A stretch of DNA of 64,000 bases from an uncultured bacterium. GTDB lineage: Bacteria > Omnitrophota > Gorgyraeia > Kaelpiales > Kaelpiaceae. The stretch is taken from NCBI GenBank assembly GCA_965541635.1, contig CBEUCN010000001.1, positions 13,526 through 77,525 of the forward strand. The letters run 5' to 3'. Below the pieces are notes generated by a model. That model was not told the origin of the DNA and did not search any database. It saw only the letters and a program-made list of their open reading frames with translations. Shown in pieces: positions 40,859-50,722 of the stretch (positions within the stretch are counted from its first letter, which is position 1; each line of letters opens with the position of its first letter). Made by a program: the position numbers and the translations under genes.

Positions 40859-42016
40859 TTAAAGACTCCTCATAAAATCTTCAATTCTATCAATTGCTTT
40901 TTTTAGGATATCAAAATCAACAGTATATGCCATTCTTACATAATTATCATTATCTCCAGGACCAAATGCTACACCGGGAACAACTGCAACTTTTTTCTCT
41001 TTAAGAAGTCGTACTGCAAATTCCCGCGATGAAAGTCCAGTTTTTTTAATATTTACATATACATAAAATGCTCCCTGAGGATACACAAAATCAAGTTCCA
41101 TATCTCTTAATCGCTCCACAATGTAATCTCTCCTTCGCCTGTATTCCAGGCACATATCCCGCACCGCAGATTCTCCCCGCAGGATTGCTTCTATTCCAGC
41201 CATCTGACTGAGTATAGGGGCACATAGCATTGTATATTGATGAATTTTATTCATAGCAGAAATAATCTCCTTAGGACCACAGGCAAATCCCAATCGCCAT
41301 CCAGTCATTGCAAATGCCTTGGAAAATCCATTAAGATAAATAGTTCGCAATTTCATACCAGGTAAAGACGTCAAAGGAACATGTTCCTGATCATAAGTAA
41401 GTTCAGCATATATTTCGTCACTTATAACTATAAGGTCTTTATCCTTTATCACCTTAACTAAAGCCCTCAATTCCTCCCGACTATAGGTAACCCCTGTAGG
41501 ATTACTGGGGTAGTTCAATACTAAAATTTTTGTTCGGGGAGAAATACTGGAAATTAGTAATTCCGGGGTTAATTTGAAACCACAGTTGGCAGTAGAAATA
41601 TATCGGGGCTTACCTTCAGCCAATACTGCTACTGGATAATAAGAAACATAACAAGGTTGAGGAATAAGAACTTCCTCTCCAGGATTAACCAGTGCTCTTA
41701 TTGCCAGATCATAAGCCTCAGATACACCTACTGTAATTAGAATTTCATCATCGGGATCATACTTCAGATTAAATCTTCTTTTCAAATATTGGGCTATGGC
41801 TTTTCTTAACTGAGGAAGTCCCTGATTGGAAGTATAGGAAGTATATCCCTGTTCCAAACCATAAATTCCTGCTTCCCGAATATGCCAGGGGGTTACAAAG
41901 TCTGGCTCTCCAATTCCCAGTGAGATTATATTCTTCATCCCCAGAACAAGGTCAAAAAATTCTCTGATACCCGAGGGTTCAATACGATTTACTCTGTAAG
42001 CAATTTTTTCCTTCAT
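40859..42016 (-). CDS. PLP-dependent aminotransferase class I/II
   Basis: SLGIGEPDF, NYPSNPTG, SDEIYAEL, GFSKAFAMTGWRLG. Confidence 0.95.
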   Translation of the reverse strand: MKEKIAYRVNRIEPSGIREFFDLVLGMKNIISLGIGEPDFVTPWHIREAGIYGLEQGYTSYTSNQGLPQLRKAIAQYLKRRFNLKYDPDDEILITVGVSEAYDLAIRALVNPGEEVLIPQPCYVSYYPVAVLAEGKPRYISTANCGFKLTPELLISSISPRTKILVLNYPSNPTGVTYSREELRALVKVIKDKDLIVISDEIYAELTYDQEHVPLTSLPGMKLRTIYLNGFSKAFAMTGWRLGFACGPKEIISAMNKIHQYTMLCAPILSQMAGIEAILRGESAVRDMCLEYRRRRDYIVERLRDMELDFVYPQGAFYVYVNIKKTGLSSREFAVRLLKEKKVAVVPGVAFGPGDNDNYVRMAYTVDFDILKKAIDRIEDFMRSL

Positions 42017-42495
42017 AGAGTTATAGTCTGACGATGGTTCTCTTTGCTTTTGGTTAAAATAAACCCATCCTGTTTGTATTTCTTAAGTAAAAAATGAGTA
42101 ACAGTCCCTTTCACTCCCTCAAGGGGAGCAAGTTTTTCAGCCACAAACTGAGCCACTTTATGAATATCTTCTCCCTCCACAATGAGAAGAAGGTCATAAG
42201 TACCAGAAACCAAGAAACAGGTTACAACTTCTGGGAATTTATAAATTCTTTCTGCTATGTAATCAAATCCCTGATTTCGTTTAGGAGTGACCTGAACTTC
42301 AATTATTGCTCTTACAGGCTTAAAGGATTTCACCTTCTCTTCATTTATAATAGTCTTGTATCCTAAAATGACACCATCCTTCTCTAACTTCTGAATATTT
42401 TTACTAATTTCCTTCACATCTTTTTTCAGAATTTTTGCGATATCCTCAGCAGTTAACCGAGCATTTTCCCTCAGCATTTCAATAATCTCTTTCAT
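42013..42495 (-). CDS. Lrp/AsnC family transcriptional regulator
   Basis: N-terminal HTH, GFD.IAERI..FPEV, SGTYDL, THFLLKKYK; paired with the aminotransferase as in the B. subtilis yugG-yugH arrangement. Confidence 0.92.
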   Translation of the reverse strand: MKEIIEMLRENARLTAEDIAKILKKDVKEISKNIQKLEKDGVILGYKTIINEEKVKSFKPVRAIIEVQVTPKRNQGFDYIAERIYKFPEVVTCFLVSGTYDLLLIVEGEDIHKVAQFVAEKLAPLEGVKGTVTHFLLKKYKQDGFILTKSKENHRQTITL

Positions 42496-42504
42496 TTCTC
42501 CACC

Positions 42505-42741
42505 TCACTGTTTTTGAATAATTGCAATTACTTCGTTAGGTTTTATTGTTTCTCCCTCGGAAGCCAATTGTTTTTTTAAAATACCCGAACAGGGAGCAAG
42601 AATATTAAAAACTGCTTTTTCAGTTGCTACTTCTACCAAATCCTGCCCTTCGTTAACTTTGTCTCCCTCCTTAAAATGCCAGTAACTTACTGTAACTTTT
42701 TCCACATCTTCAAAATCAGGAACTCTTACCTCTATCTCCAT
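42505..42741 (-). CDS. Stand-alone lipoyl/biotinyl carrier domain protein
   Basis: W..KEGD.V.EGQDLVEVATEKA..I.APCSG; strong SD. Confidence 0.88.
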   Translation of the reverse strand: MEIEVRVPDFEDVEKVTVSYWHFKEGDKVNEGQDLVEVATEKAVFNILAPCSGILKKQLASEGETIKPNEVIAIIQKQ

Positions 42742-42755
42742 ATCCTACCTCCTTG

Positions 42756-43532
42756 TTAAATGGAGAGATAATCAGGACAGAAAATCTGTTTATTGAGTAA
42801 AATTTCTGCAGTCTTTATTGCTTTGATTAATTCTTCATCCAGAGGATCAAGGATAGCAGAATCAAGACCACAGGCAAGCGCCATCACTACAAAAGTTCTG
42901 TTTATCAGTGATCTTTCCTTTGCTCCTTGCGAGACATTAGAAAGTCCCACCACTGTATGAGGAGCAGGCTCAGAGATTAACTTTATCTCTCTCAACACTC
43001 GCAATACCTCAGGACAATGGTCCTGAGCAACATTTACAGGAAGTAAAACGGGATCAATGTAAATATTGGTAACAGGAAATTCCAGTTCCTGAGCATAACT
43101 AATTATTTTTACTGCCAATTCCAATCTGCTATCTGCATCTTTAGGCACTCCTCCCTTATCAATTGTAAGAGCAATGATTTTAGCATTGTAATCCTTTGCC
43201 AGTGGAAATAGAACCTGAAGTTTATACTCCTCAGCAGTGGTAGAATTTATAATTACTGGATTTTTAATCTCTGGTAATGATTTTTGAATTATTTCCACAC
43301 TGGGAGAATCAATAACTAAAGTGGTATCAGTAACTTCCTGAATAGTATTAATTAACCAGATCATATCCTGTAATGGCTGAGAAGAAGCAGGACCAACATT
43401 TATATCTAACGCATCACAACCTCGATTTATCTGAATTTGGGCTAACTTGTGAATAAATTTTTTGTCATGAGACTTGATAGCCTTAGCAACATCTTTAAAC
43501 ATACCATTAATTCTCTCGCCAATGATGAACAT
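42756..43532 (-). CDS. acsE: Methyl-THF:corrinoid Fe-S protein methyltransferase
   Basis: IIGERINGMF, LDINVGP, IINSTTA, GLSNVSQG, LINRTF, GLDSAILD. Confidence 0.95.
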   Translation of the reverse strand: MFIIGERINGMFKDVAKAIKSHDKKFIHKLAQIQINRGCDALDINVGPASSQPLQDMIWLINTIQEVTDTTLVIDSPSVEIIQKSLPEIKNPVIINSTTAEEYKLQVLFPLAKDYNAKIIALTIDKGGVPKDADSRLELAVKIISYAQELEFPVTNIYIDPVLLPVNVAQDHCPEVLRVLREIKLISEPAPHTVVGLSNVSQGAKERSLINRTFVVMALACGLDSAILDPLDEELIKAIKTAEILLNKQIFCPDYLSI

Positions 43533-44533
43533 CAGAGAATGATTTCCTCCCGGGACATTAAATCTTCAATAATATCCTGAAGTCTAATAATTGAAGAGGG
43601 ATGATTGAGGACTAAAATATCTGCTCCTGCCTGAAGATAAGCAATAGAAGTGACAACCTCCCAGAATACGCCTCTTTTACTCAACTGACCCCATTCTGGC
43701 ATCTCCTCTTCAGTTGCCCTGGCCTCTTTTGTCTTCCAGACTTCCCACCCCACAAAACTTATCATCGGTTGGGCAAGAAGTTTATCTCCCTGTAGGGCTG
43801 CTAATCGCGTCCGTTCCATAATAGAATAAGTGTATTCTAACCCATATCCTAAACCGGCAGTGGCGTGGTGAATAACAATCTTCTCCAAAGGAAATCCCAT
43901 ATCAGAAATAAGGATATTTAATTGTTTACACAGATTTATATCTATCGGAGTCTCAGCGATAAGGGAATGACCATTACTTATACACGATGCTACTACACTT
44001 TTATAATTACTTTCCAGAGCCATACCAATGAGACAATTTTCACCCTGAGCAGCAGAACTGACTTCAAATAGTAAATCCTGATCCCTTTCTGGATCTCCAC
44101 ATCCTACAATTATTAATGGAACCTTAACAACTTTTAAAATTTTCTCCACAATCTCAGCACATTCCTTACAGGATTTATCACCCCAATCAGGATGAGCACC
44201 TATAAATCTCAAACACAAAAGGTCAAAACCATAATCTTCAACACATTTTTTTGCCCAATCCACAGGATTATTCAATGCACTCCCAAAAGCCTTAGACAAC
44301 TGTTGAGGATACTCCTGAGGTTTAATATCCAGAATTTCAATAGCGAGATGAGGAGCATTGGGCATCTCACCTTCAAAGTGTAAAAATGGCATACAGTTCT
44401 GTCCCCCTACTTTGATAACTTTCTCCCTTGTCCCACCATTATCAGGAGTAGCACCTATTTCCAGTTGGTAGACTTTACCCGACCATTTTTGAACTGCCAG
44501 TTTTAAGATTTCATCATCCATGGTATTCTTCAT
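43532..44533 (-). CDS. acsD: Corrinoid Fe-S protein small (delta) subunit
   Basis: GG....PFLHFEG, PIDINLCKQLN, LGYGLEYTYSIMER.RLAAL.GD, WKTKEA. Confidence 0.95.
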   Translation of the reverse strand: MKNTMDDEILKLAVQKWSGKVYQLEIGATPDNGGTREKVIKVGGQNCMPFLHFEGEMPNAPHLAIEILDIKPQEYPQQLSKAFGSALNNPVDWAKKCVEDYGFDLLCLRFIGAHPDWGDKSCKECAEIVEKILKVVKVPLIIVGCGDPERDQDLLFEVSSAAQGENCLIGMALESNYKSVVASCISNGHSLIAETPIDINLCKQLNILISDMGFPLEKIVIHHATAGLGYGLEYTYSIMERTRLAALQGDKLLAQPMISFVGWEVWKTKEARATEEEMPEWGQLSKRGVFWEVVTSIAYLQAGADILVLNHPSSIIRLQDIIEDLMSREEIIL

Positions 44534-45284
44534 TTCCCACCCCCATTTTTAAAATTTTTTCTTTTATGATTATATCAAACTTTTCCATAAAATTTCCATC
44601 CCAAAATTCAAATATATCATCCCCCCGTTCATAGAGTTGCAGAAGAGTTTGAGAAAACGGCAAAGTAAGAAATGGCAAAAGTTGATTTTTGAATATGAAA
44701 TCCTGAATATAAGAAGCAGGCTCCCTTCGAATTTTATTTATGACATAAAGATATTGGTTAACCTTTAACCCAATATGATTAATAATTTCTTTTACCTTCA
44801 ATAATGTATTTAAAGAACTTACGTTCGGCTCCGATACCAGAATCAAAAGGTCAATTTCTCCGGCAGTTTTTCTACTGAGATGCTCCAATCCGGCTTCGGC
44901 ATCAAATATTACATAGGGATAGTTTTTTGCAAATTGTTTAACTATTTCTCTAAGAATATCATTTACCGCACAATAACAGCCAGGCCCTTCCGGTGCTCCC
45001 ATAACCACTAAGTCAAAATGTTCTTCTTCAACAAGAATATCCTGAAATTCCATCTTTAAAATATCAACCTTACTTACTCCCCTACTTGTTCGGGTCTTGA
45101 ACTCTTCTACAATATCTGAAACTGTACGAGTATAATTAACCCCCAAAAGAATATTGAGATTGGCATTGGGATCAGCGTCTATTACCAGAATAGGACCTTT
45201 ACCATATTCTATAAGTTTTCTGACCATCATTGCTGAAACTATTGTTTTGCCCACTCCACCCTTACCTGCTACTGCTATTTTCAT
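44514..45284 (-). CDS. CooC/AcsF-type nickel-insertion ATPase
   Basis: AGKGGVGKT, IDADPNANL, EGPGCYC, DAEAGLEHLSR. Confidence 0.92.
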   Translation of the reverse strand: MKIAVAGKGGVGKTIVSAMMVRKLIEYGKGPILVIDADPNANLNILLGVNYTRTVSDIVEEFKTRTSRGVSKVDILKMEFQDILVEEEHFDLVVMGAPEGPGCYCAVNDILREIVKQFAKNYPYVIFDAEAGLEHLSRKTAGEIDLLILVSEPNVSSLNTLLKVKEIINHIGLKVNQYLYVINKIRREPASYIQDFIFKNQLLPFLTLPFSQTLLQLYERGDDIFEFWDGNFMEKFDIIIKEKILKMGVGNEEYHG

Positions 45285-47176
45285 TTTTGTAACCTCTCCT
45301 TTACTGAAGGAAATTTATTAATATCAGTATGAGGCAAAAACAGCGCGCTGGAATAGTTATTTAAAAATTCAGGAACATTACTGAGTTCAAGATTTGTAAC
45401 CATCTCTGAAATATCTTGTGCTCTCCGACGAGCAGATTGAGAACAGAGACAAAGCCTTGCCCCCTGAATACTGGTGTTGCCTAAAAATTTAAACCTGTTG
45501 CGAGGAATATCTGGCAGTAGTCCAATTATTACTGCTTTTTCAACATCCAGGTATGTACCAAGTCCACCTGCAATGTAAAAATTATGGATATCCTGAACAT
45601 TTAATCCCATTTTTTCAAGTAAAACCTCAATTCCAAGATATATTGCAGCCTTGGAGTAAATGACATTTTTAATATCGCTTTGAGTTATAGCAATATCTTT
45701 TCCAGTTTTGCTCTCGCTTCCTCTTACCACCACATATTCCAGTTCTCCATATTCATTGGTTCTTATTCGGGATGAACTTCCAGGAATAAAATTTCCATTT
45801 TTATCTATAATTTTATTTAAAAATAACTCTGCAATTAATTCCACTATACCCGTCCCACAAATTCCAATTGGTTTCTCCTGCGAAATTGTAGTATAAGTTA
45901 ACTTATCATTAACAATTGATATTTTCTGGATTGCTCCTGCCATTGCTCGCACTCCACAACTTAGTCCTCCTCCTTCAAAACAAGGTCCGGCACTGGTAGA
46001 ACAGGATATCAACCATTCCTTATTCCCCAGCACCACCTCTCCATTAGTCCCAAGATCAACCAACAACGACAACTCCTCTCCTCTATCCATCCCTGAGGCT
46101 AAAATTCCAGCCACAATATCAGAGCCTACAAAACTCCTTATTCCGGGCATAATGATAACTACACCCAGAGGGTTAATATCTATCCCTGCCTGATGGCTAT
46201 GTAAAATAAGTTCCGATTTGAACACGGGAGTATAAGGATACCTCCGGATAAAATTAGGAGGCAAGCCCAGAACAAGATGAACCATAGTGGTATTTCCAGA
46301 AATTAATATAGCATTGATTTCGGAGGGAGAAATATCCATCTCCTGACATATCCTGGCAATTAACTCATTTATTGTCTCCAAAGCGAGGTTTTTTAATTCC
46401 TGAAGTCCCTGTTCTTCCTCACCCACAATTATTCTGGAAATTATATCCTCAGCAATTAAAATTTGACGATTGTATTCTGCCTTGGTATTTAATGTCTTAC
46501 CGCAAGATAAATCCAGAAGATGAACAACAACGGTGGTAGTGCCAAGGTCACATGCCAACACAAAACTACCCCTTTTATCTTTTTCTCCAGAAATATCCAA
46601 AACAAAATTATCAAAGTAAGTTAGTTTTATATCCCAGTCCGAATTCCTAAGAATAAATGGAAGTTTCTTTAAAATTTCTATTGGGATATTAACTTTTTTT
46701 TCCATTGCCTGCTGTATCCTTTCCAGATCAGGAAGATTGTTTTCCAATTGTGGCTTTTCCAATCTTAAATACTCCACTTTAATGATTGGATCCAGAGGAT
46801 AAAATTTATCTCCCAGACTTTCTTCTTTTACAACATCCTCCTCAATTATATCCAATCCCGCTTTAACCACCTGAGGTTTAACCTCCAGAGACTCAGAAGG
46901 AATTTCCACCACCAAGTCACTACGAGGGTAAGTTTGACAGGCAAGAACATAGCCCTGTTGTATCTCCTGAGACCTAAGATTAAATGTACTTTTGGTCTCA
47001 TATTCTCCTGAAATTATTTTTAGTTTACACTTGCCACATAACCCTTTCCCACCACAACTATTTCTGAGATTTATACGCATTTTTATTGCAGCATTTAAAA
47101 GATCAGTATTAGAAGAAACTTCTATATCTTTATCTTCGGGTAAAAATTTAACTTTAAATTTTTTTAATTTTTCCAT
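45281..47176 (-). CDS. acsV: ATP-dependent reductive activator of corrinoid protein (RACo/AcsV, ASKHA family)
   Basis: N-terminal CGG.G.CGKC..LACQ [2Fe-2S], DLGTTT, DLGTNGE, SAGPCFEG, GICGTG. Confidence 0.9.
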   Translation of the reverse strand: MEKLKKFKVKFLPEDKDIEVSSNTDLLNAAIKMRINLRNSCGGKGLCGKCKLKIISGEYETKSTFNLRSQEIQQGYVLACQTYPRSDLVVEIPSESLEVKPQVVKAGLDIIEEDVVKEESLGDKFYPLDPIIKVEYLRLEKPQLENNLPDLERIQQAMEKKVNIPIEILKKLPFILRNSDWDIKLTYFDNFVLDISGEKDKRGSFVLACDLGTTTVVVHLLDLSCGKTLNTKAEYNRQILIAEDIISRIIVGEEEQGLQELKNLALETINELIARICQEMDISPSEINAILISGNTTMVHLVLGLPPNFIRRYPYTPVFKSELILHSHQAGIDINPLGVVIIMPGIRSFVGSDIVAGILASGMDRGEELSLLVDLGTNGEVVLGNKEWLISCSTSAGPCFEGGGLSCGVRAMAGAIQKISIVNDKLTYTTISQEKPIGICGTGIVELIAELFLNKIIDKNGNFIPGSSSRIRTNEYGELEYVVVRGSESKTGKDIAITQSDIKNVIYSKAAIYLGIEVLLEKMGLNVQDIHNFYIAGGLGTYLDVEKAVIIGLLPDIPRNRFKFLGNTSIQGARLCLCSQSARRRAQDISEMVTNLELSNVPEFLNNYSSALFLPHTDINKFPSVKERLQK

Positions 47177-48486
47177 ATTTGTTTTAAAAACTTAGGTATT
47201 CCTGACGCTTCCTTGGGACCTACAATTACTTCCCATCCCGTTGTTTCTTCCAACTTCCCACTGAGAATAGCAACGTATCCCGGAATTATCAATTTGCGGT
47301 GACTTACCAATCTCTCCAAATTTTCCCTTTGCATCCACTGGGCTATAACTTGTTCGTTAAATTTATCTGCTGCCCAAGCAGTAAGAACCGACATCCCTTC
47401 CGTGTCCACCACTAACAGATAGGAAGCAATCTTACTATTTTCTATCTCTGGTGCCACAGTATAGTAGGTAAGAGAAAAATTGGTAGTTACCAGTATAGGA
47501 GAATCTTTACCGGGAGTTCCAATAGAATATACTTTTGGCTCTACTGTTACCGGTTTTTGAGGGTCAGTATAGATATTGAACCTTAAAGTGACCAAAGCAT
47601 TCCAGAACGCTCTATCCATACAACTGGAAATTACCATATCGCTATATTTGCATACCCCCAGAGAGATAAAAGCAAGTTGTTTAAATATATCTTCATCTTC
47701 TACTAAAGTCAAAATAGGAAAGGAAGCAAACTTTTTCCCTTTTACTATTGCTAATCTTCTCTGAATAGTATTAAACTGTAAAAGATGGCTGAGGTTGGAA
47801 GTAACAAGATGTAAGATTACCTCCTTAAATCCCGAATTATAGATATTTTCTGCCTTTTTTAGCAAAGGTTGAACCTGTGTATCAGAGATAACTATGGGCA
47901 GGTTTTTATTTTTAGCAATATCTATTATCTCATTGACATCTCCCAAATAGTAAATAACTGGCCTTGCCTGCTGCAATTCATCAATAGCACCAGCAAGATT
48001 CTCAACCGAATGTGAAATCAACATTAATGGAAATCCATTTACATTACCAAGTTTTACTGCTTTAATGAATTGTTGATATTTGCCGTTATCTCTAACTGCT
48101 AAAAAATCAATTGTAAATGTCTCGCCCACGCGTGGTATTTTTAACTCTTTAATATATTTAATTTTCTTCTCCAGTTGGGAATCATCACAACTTATAATTA
48201 TTCCAAATGGTGCAGGGTTATAAAACTTCTTCTCATGACGAAAAAGTACTAAATCTCCTCCTACTTTCAGTTCTTTTTCTTTACTATTAAAAATTATTGT
48301 TCTCATAGGTGGTTCAGAGAGTTCATTCAACTTTTGCTTTGCTTCTTCAGTTATAAAAGGACATCGAGAAAGTTCAATCTGTTTGGCAGCCAGTTTCATA
48401 GCAAAAGCCAAACATGTAGGAAGACCACATTTTTTACAATTGGTCTTAGGCAGATATTTGTAAATTTCCAGTGCTGATAAAGCCAT
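47164..48486 (-). CDS. acsC: Corrinoid Fe-S protein large (gamma) subunit
   Basis: LPKTNCKKCG.PTCLAFA..CP [4Fe-4S], IYTDPQKP, TTNFSLTY, GMSVLTAWAADKF. Confidence 0.96.
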   Translation of the reverse strand: MALSALEIYKYLPKTNCKKCGLPTCLAFAMKLAAKQIELSRCPFITEEAKQKLNELSEPPMRTIIFNSKEKELKVGGDLVLFRHEKKFYNPAPFGIIISCDDSQLEKKIKYIKELKIPRVGETFTIDFLAVRDNGKYQQFIKAVKLGNVNGFPLMLISHSVENLAGAIDELQQARPVIYYLGDVNEIIDIAKNKNLPIVISDTQVQPLLKKAENIYNSGFKEVILHLVTSNLSHLLQFNTIQRRLAIVKGKKFASFPILTLVEDEDIFKQLAFISLGVCKYSDMVISSCMDRAFWNALVTLRFNIYTDPQKPVTVEPKVYSIGTPGKDSPILVTTNFSLTYYTVAPEIENSKIASYLLVVDTEGMSVLTAWAADKFNEQVIAQWMQRENLERLVSHRKLIIPGYVAILSGKLEETTGWEVIVGPKEASGIPKFLKQIWKN

Positions 48487-48487
48487 C

Positions 48488-49135
48488 TCATCCTCCTATT
48501 TCAGTTATAATAACTTTTCCACAATATCGTTTACCTTCTGGGGTAAGCATTCCCTTTTTGAGTGCCTTAAAAGTTATAGTATAGTCTGCCTTTATAGCCT
48601 CACCCATTACTTTACCACTATCACAATTAAGTCCAGTAGGTATATCAACAGCAAGTTTGGGTATTTTTACCAAGTTCAAAATTTCCACCAATTCTTTCAA
48701 TGGTGAACGCAGTTTCCCTTTCGCTCCTGTTCCCAGTAATCCATCAATAATGAATCTGGCACCTTTTAATTCCTCTATAATTCGCTTCCCTACGATTCTT
48801 TTATCTACATGTTTAATCTTAATTGCCATATTGTGAATTATCCTCAATTCTACAGCAGTTTCAGGTTTAAGTTTTAAGATATTGCCAACCATATACACAA
48901 CTACTTTCCTTTCTGCCAAAAATAAATGACGAGCAGCGACCAGACTATCCCCACCATTGTAACCTGTGCCAGCGAATATTATTATCTTGTCTCTGACTTT
49001 AGTTTTGGCTTTTACAAACTCAGCAACATTTCTACCAGCGTTTTCCATTAAAACCAACCGAGGAATACCTAAATAATAAATAGCCCTGCGATCTGCTCCT
49101 ATAGCCTGCTTTGTGGAAACTATCTCAGTTACCAT
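48488..49135 (-). CDS. nnrE: NAD(P)H-hydrate epimerase (stand-alone YjeF N domain)
   Basis: LMENAGR, G.G.NGGD..V.AR.L, IDGLLGTG, AVDIPTG. Confidence 0.9.
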   Translation of the reverse strand: MVTEIVSTKQAIGADRRAIYYLGIPRLVLMENAGRNVAEFVKAKTKVRDKIIIFAGTGYNGGDSLVAARHLFLAERKVVVYMVGNILKLKPETAVELRIIHNMAIKIKHVDKRIVGKRIIEELKGARFIIDGLLGTGAKGKLRSPLKELVEILNLVKIPKLAVDIPTGLNCDSGKVMGEAIKADYTITFKALKKGMLTPEGKRYCGKVIITEIGG

Positions 49136-50102
49136 AGAGGATAATTTTATCCCTTATCCCCGGAGATGTCCAGATATCTATATGACCATTGGTCTTTCGG
49201 ATTATAACTCCTTCCAGTTGAGGACGATTCACAATGACCTTTCTACCCTCTTCCCATCCCAGAACAAACACTGCTGTTGCCCAGGCATCTGCTTGAATAC
49301 AGGTAGGAGCAATTATGGTTACACTTTCTAACTTATTATCTACAGGATAACCTGTGCGAGGATCAATAAGGTGTCCATATCTTTTCCCCCGCCACCAAAT
49401 ACAATTTTCATAGTTACCAGAAGTTGCTATTCCAACATCAGTAACACTGATTTCAGCAATCAGCCTCTCTTTATGTATGGGGTCCCTGATGCCTATTCTC
49501 CAATTTTTACCATTAGGACCTTTCCCAAAACAATATATATCTCCTCCAATTTCAACCATAGCATTTTTTATCCCTGATTTCTTTAGAAAATCTGCCACCA
49601 AATCTATACCATATCCTTTGGCTATTCCACTTAATTGTAGTTTCATCCCTTTTTTCTTTAAAAATACCTTACAATTTTCAACTTCCAATTCCCTCCAATT
49701 CACCAGTTGTTTTATTTTCTTCACATCCTGGCTGGAAGGAGGAAATTGTTTACAATTTCTAAAATTCCAGAGATCAATCAGAGGCCCAATTGTAGGGTCG
49801 AATGCAGAATCCGACTGCTGGGCTATTTCCACGGCTTTTTTTATAACAAAACACAATTGTGGCGATACTTTTACTGCACGTATGCCGGCATTTTTATTTA
49901 TCTCTGCTATCTTATTTCCTAAGGCATAACTGGAAAACTGATTCTCAACAGCAGTCAAAATCTTTTCTATTCCTGTTTTTAAATTTTGGGGTATTTTCTT
50001 ATCACAAATTTTAACCTGATAATAAGTATGCATGGTATCACCATTAATCACAAAAAGTTCAGAATGAAAAAGAAGTGATAATAGAAATAAGATGATTAAC
50101 AT
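49125..50102 (-). CDS. apbE: FAD:protein FMN transferase
   Basis: AFDPTIGPL..LW, GIAKGY, EIGGD, ATSGNYE, HLIDPRTG, ADAWATA. Confidence 0.94.
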   Translation of the reverse strand: MLIILFLLSLLFHSELFVINGDTMHTYYQVKICDKKIPQNLKTGIEKILTAVENQFSSYALGNKIAEINKNAGIRAVKVSPQLCFVIKKAVEIAQQSDSAFDPTIGPLIDLWNFRNCKQFPPSSQDVKKIKQLVNWRELEVENCKVFLKKKGMKLQLSGIAKGYGIDLVADFLKKSGIKNAMVEIGGDIYCFGKGPNGKNWRIGIRDPIHKERLIAEISVTDVGIATSGNYENCIWWRGKRYGHLIDPRTGYPVDNKLESVTIIAPTCIQADAWATAVFVLGWEEGRKVIVNRPQLEGVIIRKTNGHIDIWTSPGIRDKIILYGN

Positions 50103-50722
50103 TTCAAATAGAATGGTAGAGAGAGCAATTCTGTAGAAAGATCCACATTTTTAACTATAACTGATGAAGAAAAACTTAATCGCACAGGGGCAAAGTTGAG
50201 TAATGCCTTCACTCCCGCTGATACCATTTTTTCCGCAACATCAGGAGCAGATTCAGCAGGAACAGCAATAATTCCAATCTTAATCCTGTGTTTTAAAATC
50301 ACTTCTCTCATTTTCTTGTGAGAATATATTTTTACTCGTTGAATCTTTTTTCCAATTTTTTGAGGGTCAGAATCAAAAGCACAACAAATATCAAATCCTG
50401 CTTCTCTAAATCCTCGATAAGAAAGTAAAGCAGTTCCCAAATGTCCTACACCGGCTAAAGCCACTTTCCACACTCGACGGTGAAGCTTAAGAATTTTTTT
50501 AAGATTGGTTATCAAAATGCTGACATTGTATCCTCTACCCACTTCTCCGAATTGTCCAAAATAACTGAGATCTTTTCTTAACTGCGCAGAATCAACTCCG
50601 CATAATTTACCCATTTCCTGTGAAGATATAAATACTTTCTTCTCTCTAGCAACTTTTTCCAAAGTTCTAAGATATAGTGCCAGACGATAAATCGTAGTTT
50701 TGGGAATTTTTTCTTTATGCAT
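50096..50722 (-). CDS. rex: Redox-sensing transcriptional repressor Rex
   Basis: IP..T..RL..Y.R.L, QLRKDLSYFG.FG..G.GY, GVGHLG.AL, LNFAP. Confidence 0.96.
   Translation of the reverse strand: MHKEKIPKTTIYRLALYLRTLEKVAREKKVFISSQEMGKLCGVDSAQLRKDLSYFGQFGEVGRGYNVSILITNLKKILKLHRRVWKVALAGVGHLGTALLSYRGFREAGFDICCAFDSDPQKIGKKIQRVKIYSHKKMREVILKHRIKIGIIAVPAESAPDVAEKMVSAGVKALLNFAPVRLSFSSSVIVKNVDLSTELLSLPFYLKC

Noticed and set aside
47164-48486. Corrinoid protein as mercury methylase HgcA
   Set aside because: Full-length AcsC with N-terminal Fe-S domain, no NVWCAAGK motif, no TM region and no hgcB.
48831-48848. TTGTGAA half-site as a Rex operator upstream of acsC
   Set aside because: Second half-site does not match TTCACAA and the site is inside the nnrE CDS.
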